Assembly (NCBI RefSeq): GCF_046119375.1
Contig: NW_027362797.1
Span: 12,400,001 to 12,464,000 of the forward strand
Source: Phyllobates terribilis
Taxonomy: Eukaryota
Length of the DNA: 64,000 nt
Reading direction: 5' to 3'
Shown: piece by piece, positions 24,713 through 34,700 of the stretch
How positions within the stretch are numbered: the stretch's first letter is position 1
Layout: each line of letters starts with the position of its first letter
The notes under the pieces: model-generated
Databases searched by the model: none
The model's input: only the letters and a program-made list of their open reading frames with translations
Told to the model about the DNA's origin: nothing
Made by a program: the position numbers and the translations under genes

Positions 24713-25930
24713 TGTGACGCCTCTACTCGAAAGCCCTTTTCTTTACCCTGGGAGATGGGGGACTCAGAGTTGGGTCCCATGATGGAGAGATGGGGTGCAG
24801 CCGTGGCCCGGACCCGACCCATGCTCAGGGCCGTCACAATTAAAAGGATGGTGTGGGCTTATCCGGGTTGAGTGGCTGATTCCGACTACGCCACCTGTGG
24901 CACCTGGTGAAGGCCACCAGCAGTCCGCTGAGGCATGGTGTTATGGCGGCCCAAAGTTATTACTACTCCCCACAGGCGGAGCAAGGCCTCAGGGCAGAGA
25001 GACAGGATGACAGGGGTAGTAGTAGAGGAGTACGGGTGCCGCGTCGTGCGGTGTAGCGCAGAATAAACAGTCCGGAGGCCGTAGGGGTGAACTTCCAAGG
25101 CTTTACTCACATTAGAGATGGCAGAAGGAAGGTGACTCCCTGCTCCCCGCGGAGTCCTGCGGTCACCAGGGACGGGGGTCCTACTACCTCCGAGCAAGTC
25201 CAGCATTCAATCAGGACCCCGCACCAGAGTGTTCCTGAACTACAGACCGTATCCTTTCCTGTCTGTGTGTGTAGATAGGCCGGGTCTCCCTCTGAACTCC
25301 TCTCAGAAAAAGGGCACGGGTGGCAGCTCCGCTCCTTCCGATACCCGGTGGGATCCTGACCAGGACATGGAGTAGCAAGGTTGGGTGTCGGGGGCCGGTA
25401 CCCCTCTTGCAGCCGGACTCCCACTGAATATATTAGGTTGGCGAGGACAGGTGGCGTATACCGCTCCGTCTGCATCCTCCCTGGGATCCATTTGCTGTGG
25501 AGCTACAGGTCCACACAGGATCCACTTTCAGGGTAGGAGATCACAGTACATGACAGCCAGGCAAGATGACTAACCAGGACCGTCAAAGACCGGACTACCA
25601 GGACCAGCGAAAGACTAGATTCCCAGGTCCAGCGAAAAGACCACGAACCAAGATGGCTTTTTATTAAATATGAATTTTAAGATGTCACTAAATTGTAAGT
25701 CCTCCACCCTCACCCACTAACTGGTTCCCCTAACTCTTGGTTCACCAGTATCCCTGTAACCAGGAGGGCAGCACCTAGTGCATACTAGCCCCCTCTGGTG
25801 GAGAAATATGGTGTTGGATGCTAAGGTTGGGTCCCGACCATGACACTGTTCTTACCTCAGAGGAGGGACACTACACTCCATTAAAGAAGTGCAGCATCCC
25901 TGTGGCGGTCGAACCCTCAGGGGCGCCACA
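24713..25930 (-). mobile_element. Gypsy solo LTR (1218 bp)
   Basis: Termini tgtgacgcc...ggggcgccaca. 4-bp TSD AAGC (24709-24712 / 25931-25934). Orientation inferred from motifs shared with the other LTRs. Confidence 0.9.
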
Positions 25931-26048
25931 AAGCAGTTCCTGTGCTGTACATCCTGGGGTTCGCAGCAGCCACATTCCCCATATCCACCTAATAAGACAT
26001 ACTGTACTCCAGTCATATGAATTCACTTCTGGGAAAAAGCCTTTAAAC

Positions 26049-26251
26049 TAGGGCTGTGGGGTCAGTAAGCCAAACTTCCATCTATAATAATTACGAATAA
26101 AAAATGTACTGCAACAAATAAGAGTAAATATTCAGCAATTTATACATGAAAATAATTTATATTATACAATATTAACAATATAGACGTTTTTACATTTTTC
26201 TTCATGCAGCTGGAATCGGTACCTTCTTCTGATACTAACTCCACAGTCCAG
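26049..26251. mobile_element. Small hAT-like MITE (AGGGCTGTGGAGTC-type termini)
   Basis: tagggctgtggggtcagtaagcc at the left and ctaactccacagtccag at the right. Flanks ctttaaac / ctttttat match only partly. Confidence 0.5.
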
Positions 26252-26284
26252 CTTTTTATTCTTTCCTGCTCCCCAACATTAAAA

Positions 26285-26397
26285 TTACAGCATTTATGAT
26301 GAGTTTACCTACGATAAAAATTACAGACCTCTCCATGCTCTGTAGGTGGGAAAACTTGCAAAATCATCAGTGTATCAAATACTTATTTTCCCCACTG
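26285..26397. mobile_element. Tc1/mariner terminal fragment
   Basis: Ends ...gtgtatcaaatacttattttccccactg|TA, a Tc1-type inverted-repeat end followed by TA. Confidence 0.7.
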
Positions 26398-26459
26398 TAT
26401 ATATTTTATTTTATAGGCATCCTCTGCATAAAAATAAAAAATCATACTCACACGTATTA

Positions 26460-26826
26460 CTCCAAGACAGTATAGTCCTCCATACAGTATTATGGGCACC
26501 ACATAGTCCTCCATACAGTATTATGGACCCCATATAAGGCTCCATATAGTATAATGGACCCTATATAATGCTCTATACAGAATAATGGGCCCCATATATT
26601 GCTCCGTACAGTATTATGGGCCCCCATATATTGCTCCATACAGAATAATGGACCCATATAATGCTCCAGATGGAATACTGGCCCCCATATAATGCTCCAA
26701 ACAGAATGCTGGCCCCCCATAATGCTTCATACAGAATAATGGACCCCATATAATGCTCTTTACAGAATAATGGGCCCCGTATATTGCTCTGTACAGTATT
26801 ATGGGCCCCATATATTGCTCCATACA
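26460..26826. repeat. ~32-bp minisatellite (catacagtattatgggccccatataatgctc-like)
   Basis: About 11 diverged tandem units. Confidence 0.85.
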
Positions 26827-26931
26827 GAGTCTGTATCAGGAGTGTAGCAGGCAGAGTCTGTATCAGATGTACAGCAGGCAGAGTCTGTATCAGGAGTGCA
26901 GCAGGCAGAGTCTGTATCAGAATGCAGCAGG

Positions 26932-27410
26932 TGTTGAGGGAGGGCAATAACCCTTCACGGTTGACCAAGTGAGTGTCAAATTATTATGTTGATTGCAATC
27001 CCCAGAAAACAAAACGGAAACAATGTTCAGTATTGGGAGGATTCAAAGAATCTCTGATCCCGTTTATTTTGCTTAGCATTTTATATTGTTTTGAATATTT
27101 TACTACAGTACTATAGGCTAACCAATGTTAGTACAATTATTACGGAAACACATATTTGGTCATATTATCATCGTTAGTTCGAAGCACTATGGAAATTGTT
27201 CAAGGTCAATCTGGGCCTAAACTAGTTAGATAACAGGAGCGGAGTGTCTGACAAAATATAAAATGTTCTTGTGAGAAAAAGTTAGTGTGGGAAAGTTCCA
27301 TGGGAAGAGAAAGAAAGAAGTATGTTATGCAATGAGTGATAATAACATGATTTTAAAGCAAGCAGACAAAATGTAGTTGCTCTAGCATGAGTATCAATAT
27401 GTCCTTTTCA
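26932..27410 (-). repeat. ERV 3' LTR
   Basis: Similar to 30800-31289 apart from substitutions and small indels; preceded by the PPT on the - strand. Confidence 0.93.
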
Positions 27411-27617
27411 TTCCCCCCTAAAAATTATGTTATTATCAACAACAGAGGTGCTATCCCAGGGTCATGCTTTGAGCCTGAGTTACATTGGTCTTCACTCACT
27501 TAGTGCCCTTGTTACCAATCGAGGCTGTCGCGGCATGTCCATCCCCCCTTGTTTGTTGACATAATCATAAAGCTCTGATCTTCAGACGTGAGGTTGGTCG
27601 GGGCATGCGGGGAAAGG

Positions 27618-29700
27618 TCATCTAAAGGTCATCATTCCCTTGTCGTTCAGGTCCTCAATGCTGGTTACATCTGGGAGGTCCGTGTACAGTAGCACTGGAT
27701 GTCGGTTTACAGCGTTCTCCTTGCTCTCTGATGACTGGCAGGTTTTCTTCATGCAAAATGGGATACAATAAAAGACTAGTTTTAGTAAGACATATATTAA
27801 CAAGATGCAAGCAGCAATATGCAACACTCCTTGTAATATTCCAGAAATCCACCCACCAATCCCTTTAAACCAATTAGCAGGATTTAAAAAGGAAAATGTA
27901 TCAGACCACCAATGGTCTTTGGTCAATTCGTTATGTTTGTTATATTCTTCCCTGAGTTTCCTAATGTCTTCCATTTTAGTCTTTAACCGTATGGTAGAGT
28001 CGGGGTCAATATAGTGACAACAGGCTGGGCCTATAACCTGACACATCCCTCCTTGAGCTGCTGTCTAATAGTCCAGCACTAAAGTATGTTGATTGGCCAC
28101 TATAATAAGTTGATTCTGCACTGCAACAGTAGTATTAATTACTTCCAAAATATTCCAAATCTGATCATCTAAGTAATCAGTGACTTCCACTAATTTGTCC
28201 CACATTTGTGTTACCATAGGGTAGAGGAAGACAGTACTGACTATCTTATTGGGTATACCCATTTGTACTAAATGAGGTCTTCCTGATGGGCGTGGGGTGT
28301 TGTCTTTGGCAAGTTTATAGATGGTATGAAGAGGGATGGCTCTCATATCTACTTTACTATGGGGAATAAGATAAGTGGCTGGAGTTAGCCGGGCCAACGT
28401 ACAAGTCCCCCCTACTCCGACTGGGAGCCATTTATACGCATTATTCCCACAGACCCAATATTTGGCTGATGGTAGATCCCATAAAGCAGAGTGCTGTAAT
28501 ACTAACTTATGTACCAAATCGATAAAAACTGTGTTATTTGATAGCATACACCATGAAGGCATTTGTCCCAGGGGGCTACAATATCCAACTTCTGGATTAC
28601 CACATGTTGGATCACTAGACTTATATTCAGAAAATTCATGTTTTACTGCTGTTGCGGTTGTCAGGAGCACTTGGTATGGTCTGTCATACAATGGTTCTAG
28701 TCCGTGTTTCCGAACATGCTTCTTCACATACACATAATCTCCGGGATTAAGGATATGACAACCTTCTGCATCAGCTGGATCTGGAATAGAAGATGATACT
28801 AACGCATGGGTGTTAGTTAAGGCTTTGGCAAGCTGAATCACATATTGCACAACATAATATGTTTCTTCTGATAATTGTTGTGGGGTAAATCGAGCTATAG
28901 CTGGTTGTGACCTAAATAATATCTCATAGGGTGACAGTTTCTGTTTCCCTATGGGGGTGGTGCGTATGTGATATAGTACAATGGGAAGGAGCTCAGGCCA
29001 CTGGGCCGTAGTCTCCTGCATCATTTTGGTTAACTGCCTTTTCAGTGTGCCATTCAATCTCTCCACCTTGCCGCTTGACTGTGGATGGTAAGGAGTATGC
29101 AGCGCCACTGTTGATCCGATCATGGTAAGTATTTCTTGATATACACATGAGGAAAAGGCTGGTCCTTGATCACTTTCAATAATTTCTGGAACTCCATACC
29201 GGCAAACAACTTCAGAGACCAGCTTCTTGGCGGTAATCTTGGCAGTCATGTTTGGAACGGCGAATGCTTCTGGCTAACTGGAAAACATATCCACTACCAC
29301 TAAGCAGTATTCATATCATCCTGCTTTAGGGAGAGTGATGTGCAATCGTTGGAACGGATACTCTGGTTTGGCAAGGTGTTTTGTCGGTACATTCTGTAAT
29401 CTACCTGGGTTGCAGGTTTGGCATATTGTGCAACCTTTGTTCTGTGCACTTAACACGGTGGAAATTCCTGAAGCCCAATAGAGTTTCTGTACCAGTAGCA
29501 AAGCTTGATTCTTCCCTCGATGTACCGGTCCATGGGCCTAGGCCGCAACGGCTGGATACAGGAGTCGAGGCAAACAGTACAGTTGTTCCTTCTTCCATAG
29601 CCCATCTATCAATTTAGCACCCGCCTCCTTCCACGACTGGCGTTCTTCTTTAGAGACTTTCTGCTGTGTGGAGCGTAGCTTTGTGATTGGAGGGACTGGT
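27618..29700 (-). pseudogene. ERV integrase fused in frame to the env 3' half; one nonsense codon in the TM ectodomain
   Basis: HHCC (HGPVH...CTICQTC), core ESDQG...HPQSSGKVERLNGTLK and GPY/F-like PLYDRPYQVLLTT are joined at ~28640 to SU (YWVCGNNAYKWLP) and TM. The TM has an ISD-like LVLDY*TAAQGGM, CX6CC CQVIGPACC and a transmembrane helix. Confidence 0.9.
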
Positions 29701-30079
29701 TGATACTCTCTTGACATAAAAGTAATTGAAATAACCAGGCTTCATCTCCTCCGCTATTTCTACATATCCTTCATCACAAATCTCATGTGCGACTTTCCTG
29801 AACTTCTCAGCGTCTTCCAACAATCCACAGTCAACTAATCTACCCCTTTGCTGCCGGATGCCTTCATCCCACAACACAGGCTGAAGCCTCCCCTCCACAG
29901 GAAAATTTAACAGCTTAAACACTTTTGGTACATTCTTAAAAGATCTTTTCCCCTCTCAACTGACCATGATATTCATCACATCCTCTCCCTCCTGTCTCTC
30001 TCTCTTCCCTCCTGTCTCTCTCTTTCTCTCCCTCTCCCTCCTCCAGGGGAGACAAATTCTTTCTGCTCCACGGAAACAT
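29700..30079 (-). pseudogene. Probable ERV gag N-terminal (matrix) remnant
   Basis: First ORF after the leader (MFPWSRKN..., then a frameshift in a GA-rich run, ...KVFKLLNFPVEGRLQPVLW...), joined by deletion to the end of pol. The gag call rests on position and on recalled similarity to frog ERV Gag. Confidence 0.5.
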
Positions 30080-30779
30080 TGATTAATCACTACAACTGAC
30101 AAAAATATCCTTAATTTGTGCACAGCACGAGTCCAGACCTCAGCTGCTGTTTCACTGACTTTATTTCACCCCTTCCCGTCGGGGAGTCTCGAATGGCCAG
30201 ATGAAAGGAGGAGAACTCTCGTCCGCAGTTCTCCAGACACTAGATATATGTATATCTGTGTGAGTGTCCTACCCAATCTTCGATCACCCGCCCCGAACAG
30301 GTTTACCCCAAACAGTTTAGGGGAAAGAAGGAGAGCTCTTGCCTGCAGCTCTCCGGACACTAGATATACATATATCTGGGTGCGTGCCCTACCCAATCTT
30401 CGATCACCTGCCGCGACCGAACCTAACAGTGTTCAGTCTCCTAAGGATTTTTGTCAGAAATTGAGAAAGATTCACACAATATTCACTTGTCAATCCGAGG
30501 TGATACTGCTTTGAAAGTAAATAATATCAGACCCCTAATGGGACTACACCCCTTATAGTCTCACCTTTGACTATATCCAACCAAGATATATCCGAAGATA
30601 CTGTAAACAACCACACACCACGTGGAAACCATGCCAAACGGTCAGTGTCACTAGTAAAGAACTTGTGCACTTACCCTGGCTTTTTGTGGGGGATGATTAG
30701 TCCCAATTCCAGTGGGGGAGGCTGAAAGCAGGTCTCTCTTTGTGGACGTCCAGAGGTGGAGGGGCGTCCCTGGTTAGGG

Positions 30780-30797
30780 ATCCGAGTCAGGGCTCCA
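30780..30797 (-). promoter_or_regulatory. Primer-binding site for tRNA-His
   Basis: TGGAGCCCTGACTCGGAT matches 16 of 18 nt of TGGTGCCGTGACTCGGAT, the complement of the vertebrate tRNA-His 3' end (recalled, not searched). Confidence 0.8.
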
Positions 30798-30799
30798 GC

Positions 30800-31289
30800 T
30801 GTTGAGGGAGGACAATAACCCTTCACGGTTGACCAAGTGAGTATCAAATTATTATGTTGATTGCAATCCACAGATAACCAAACGGAAACAATGTTCTGTA
30901 TTGGGAGGATTCAAAGAATCTCTGATCCCGTTTATTTTGCTTAGCATTTCATATTGTTTTGAGTATTTTAATAGCCAATCAACTCTGCAGCCATACTACA
31001 GTACTATAGGCTAACCAATGTTAGTATAATTATTACGGAAACACATATATGATCATATTATCATCGTTAGTTCGAAGCACTATGGAAATTTTACAAGGTC
31101 AATCCTGGCCTAAACTAGTTAGATAACAGGAGCGGGAGTCTGACAAAATGTTCTTGAGATAAAAAGTTAGTGTGAGAAAGTACCATGGGAAGAGAAAGAA
31201 AGAAGTATGTTATGCAAGGAGTGATAATAACATGATTTTAAAGCAAGCAGACAAAATGGAGTTGCTCTAGCATGAGTATGTCCTTTACA
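30800..31289 (-). repeat. ERV 5' LTR
   Basis: TGTAAAGGAC...CTCAACA on the - strand, followed after 2 nt by the PBS. Confidence 0.93.
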
Positions 31290-31769
31290 CAGGTAGAGTC
31301 TGTATCAGAGTGCAGCAGGCAGAGTCTATATCAGGAATGCAGCAGGCGGAGTCTGTATCAGGAGTGCAGCAGGCAGAGTCTGTAACAGAGCGCAGCAGGC
31401 AGAGTCTGTATCAGGAGTGCAGCAGGCAGAGTCTGTATCAGGAGTGCAGCAGGCCGAGTCTGTATCAGGAGTGCAGCAGGCAGAGTCTGTATCAGGAGTG
31501 CAGCAGGCAGAGTCTGTAGCAGAGTACAGCAGGCAGAGTCTCTATCAGAGTGCAGCAGGCAGAGTCTGTAACAGGAGTGCAGCAGGCAGAGTCTGCATCA
31601 GGAGTGCAGCAGGCAGAGTCTGTATCAGGAGTGCAGCAGGCAGAGTCTGTAGCAGAGTACAGCAGGCAGAGTCTGTATCAGGAGTGCAGCAGGCAGAGTC
31701 TGTATTGGGAGTGCAGCAGGCAGAGTCTGTATCAGGAGTGCTGCAGGCAGAGTCTGCATCAGGAGTGTA

Positions 31770-34700
31770 GCAAGGACTGGTACGCAACATTACACAACTT
31801 AGACTGCAGAACAGGAACGTTCCACTACAGCCAACCCAATAGATGAAGACCCAATCAGGATTCCCCACATTTAAAAAAATTTGTGGCAGATCACTTATTT
31901 CACTACTGTACAAATAGTGTAAATAAAACCCACACCTCTTCCAGTACAGCCAACCCAGGAGATGGAGACCTAACCAGGAGTGTTCACATTGCCCTAAATG
32001 AGGGCCTAACACCACCGAAGTGTCATCAATGTCATCAGACTACAAGTAGTTTAACACAGACTCATACCTGTCCTACTACAGCCAACCCAAGAGATGCAGA
32101 CTCAATCAGAAGTGTTTACATTTTAAAAAATAGGGCCTAAGACCACCATTTCCGTGGCCAACAGATTGGAGATGGTGGAGTTCAACCTCTTAGCTTTTTC
32201 ATGTGTAGGATGAAACAATCTTTTACGTGACCACAACAGCGGGATTGAGGGCTGGCTGCAGTGCTGAGAGAGGGCAGAGTACGGTGAAACGGACAAACCG
32301 ATAGACTGTGAGTGAGGTGCAGGCGAAGATGTTATGGTGGATTGAGAAACGTGTGGTGTGATCAGAGAAACAAACACAGCAGGCATGTCTGCTTCACTTA
32401 CAGCTGACGGGTTGTCACTCAGCCTAACTGCAGCGGGTATACAGCTGGTTCTGTTGGACACCTGCGTGACACCAATTGGCATGGTAACAGAGGAGGAGGA
32501 AGAAGCAGCAGAGGTGTTTGATGGGGCAGCTGATGGTTGTTTATTGAAAATCAATTTAGAGTTTATTACATTTACGTACCCGTTTGGGGAGAATAATATC
32601 TGCACCAAATGCTCAATTTCACTACAATATAACTATAGAAATGCATGGAGACCAAACCTCTTCCACTACAGTCAACCCAATGGATGGAGACCCATTCAGG
32701 ATTCCCCACATTTCCAAAAATTAGTGGCAGAGGCCAGCAAAGTGTAATCAATTTCACTATAGTAGAAATAGTGTGAATGAGACCCACAACTCTTCCTGTA
32801 CAGACAACCCAAGAGATGGATACTTAACCAGGAGTGTTCACATTGCCCTAAATGAAGGCGTAACAAACACCACCGAAGTGGCATCAATTTCACTAGAGTA
32901 TAAGTATTGCAAAGGAGGCCAAAATCAGTTCCTCTACAGCCAACCCAATAGATGGAGACCCAATCATGATTCTCCACATTTCAAAAAATTTGTGGCAGAC
33001 ACTTGCAATGTCTCATCAATTTCACTACAGTAGAAATAGTGTAAATAAGACCCACACATGTTCCAGTACAGCCAACCCAGGAGATGGAGACCTAACCAGG
33101 AGTGTTCACATTGCCCTAAATGAGGGCATAACACCACCAAAGTGGCATCAATGTCATCAGACTACAAGTAGTTTAACGCAGACCCAAACCTGTCCTACTA
33201 CAGCCAACCCAATGGATGGAGACACAATCAGAATTCTCCACATTGCCCAAAATTAGGGCCTTAAGACCTGCAGCAGCAGCAAGAACAGACACAGAAGCCA
33301 TATCCCAGGCTGCAATTTCAAGAGATCAATGTAGCACACTCAAAATGACAACATCGCCTACTCTGTACAGTCTGCAATTGGGGTGCAAAAGTCCTTGGAG
33401 ATTCATAACTTGTTCATCTTGATGAAAGTTAGGCGGTCTACACATTCAGGGGACAGCTGGGTGCCCTTATCCATCAAGACGCTACCAGCAGCGCTGAAGA
33501 CATGTTCAGAGAGAACACTGGCTGCCGGGCATGATAAGACCTCCAAGGCATGAGAGGCGAGCTCAGGCCATTCATCCATTTTTGAAGACCAAAATGGAAA
33601 AGGGTCCAAGCCCTCCCTGATGGTATTGATATTGAACTATAGATACTCCTGCACCATCCTCTCCAGTCGTTCACTACGTGTCAGACTTGTACTCTGTTGT
33701 GCTGGTGCCTGAGCTGGAGCAAAAAATGTGTGAAAGGACTCCCAAAAATTGCTTCTGCCACTTACTCTGCTGCTGCTGCTAATGTTTTGGTGTTGACGAA
33801 CTGACGTGCCGGAGGTTGAAAAACTACAGCTGTGATGCACACTGTGTGCCCAACTGTTACCTTGGGGAAAACCTTTATTAAGGTTGCTTAAAAGCTTGTT
33901 TCGATACTCCAACATAAGCGGGGCCCTTTCCAGGGTGGGAAGCATCTGGCAAAATTGACTCTTATAACGTGGATCTAACAGAGTGGCAACCCAGTAGTCA
34001 GCATTATTTCAAATCCTAACTATTCGGGATCATGTTGCATCAAGAAGGCACTCATATGTCTGGCTCTTCCTGGAGGTCCAAAGCCAGGCTGTATTGTGGG
34101 TTGTGTGACACTGATGTTTGTTTCCTCCGTCCCCTCCTGCCAACCACCTTCAAGCGAGAGGGGATGATTATCCTCTTCATCCTCTGACAGCTACTTGCCC
34201 ATCACCTCTTCCTCCTCCATTAGTTCCTCAGCTCTTGCACCTTCACTTACAGTTTGCCTGGTATCACCAAACCCCCTCGATTGCTGTAATCCACCGTCAC
34301 TTGGCATCCGCCTGTGTGCTGACAGTCTGGAAATTCGAGACATTGGTATGCCTTCCGCATCCTCCTCTTCTTCTGGGGCCACCACCTCCTGCCGCAGGTT
34401 ATTCAAAGATTGCTCCAGTATGTATATGACCGGAATAGTGATGCTGATGATGGCATCGTCAGAGCTAACCAGTTTAGTAGCTATTTCCAAACCGTGCAGA
34501 AAGGTGCAGAGGTCCTTAATCTGCTCCCACTCCGTAAACGTGATATGCCCTAAGTTCATACTGCGTTGCCCCAAGCTATACGTCATGACATACTGCGTCA
34601 GAGCTCGTTGCTGCAGGCACAGTCGCTGCAACATGTACAGAGTAGAATTCCACCACATCGGCACATCAAAGATCAACCTGTTAACTGGCAGGGACAAAGA

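Larger units (their letters stand above)
26932..31289 (-). mobile_element. Internally deleted epsilon-like endogenous retrovirus (4358 bp)
   Basis: Two LTRs (30800-31289 is 5', 26932-27410 is 3'), TG...CA, 4-bp TSD CAGG, a PBS, PPT aatttttaggggggaa on the - strand at 27411-27426, and gag, integrase and gamma-type env remnants. Confidence 0.93.
26827..31770. repeat. 27-bp minisatellite (caggcagagtctgtatcaggagtgcag) split by the ERV: 26827-26931 and 31290-31770
   Basis: The same unit occurs on both sides of the provirus and the register continues across the CAGG TSD. Confidence 0.92.

Noticed and set aside
29650-29922. Small ORF upstream of integrase as a possible WDSV orf-C-like accessory gene
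   Set aside because: It starts at GTG after a stop, its 3' end is out-of-frame pol, and its position fits a gag remnant better.
26827-31770. Regular 27-bp repeats suggestive of a CRISPR array
   Set aside because: Head-to-tail units with no unique spacers, no cas genes, and a vertebrate context.
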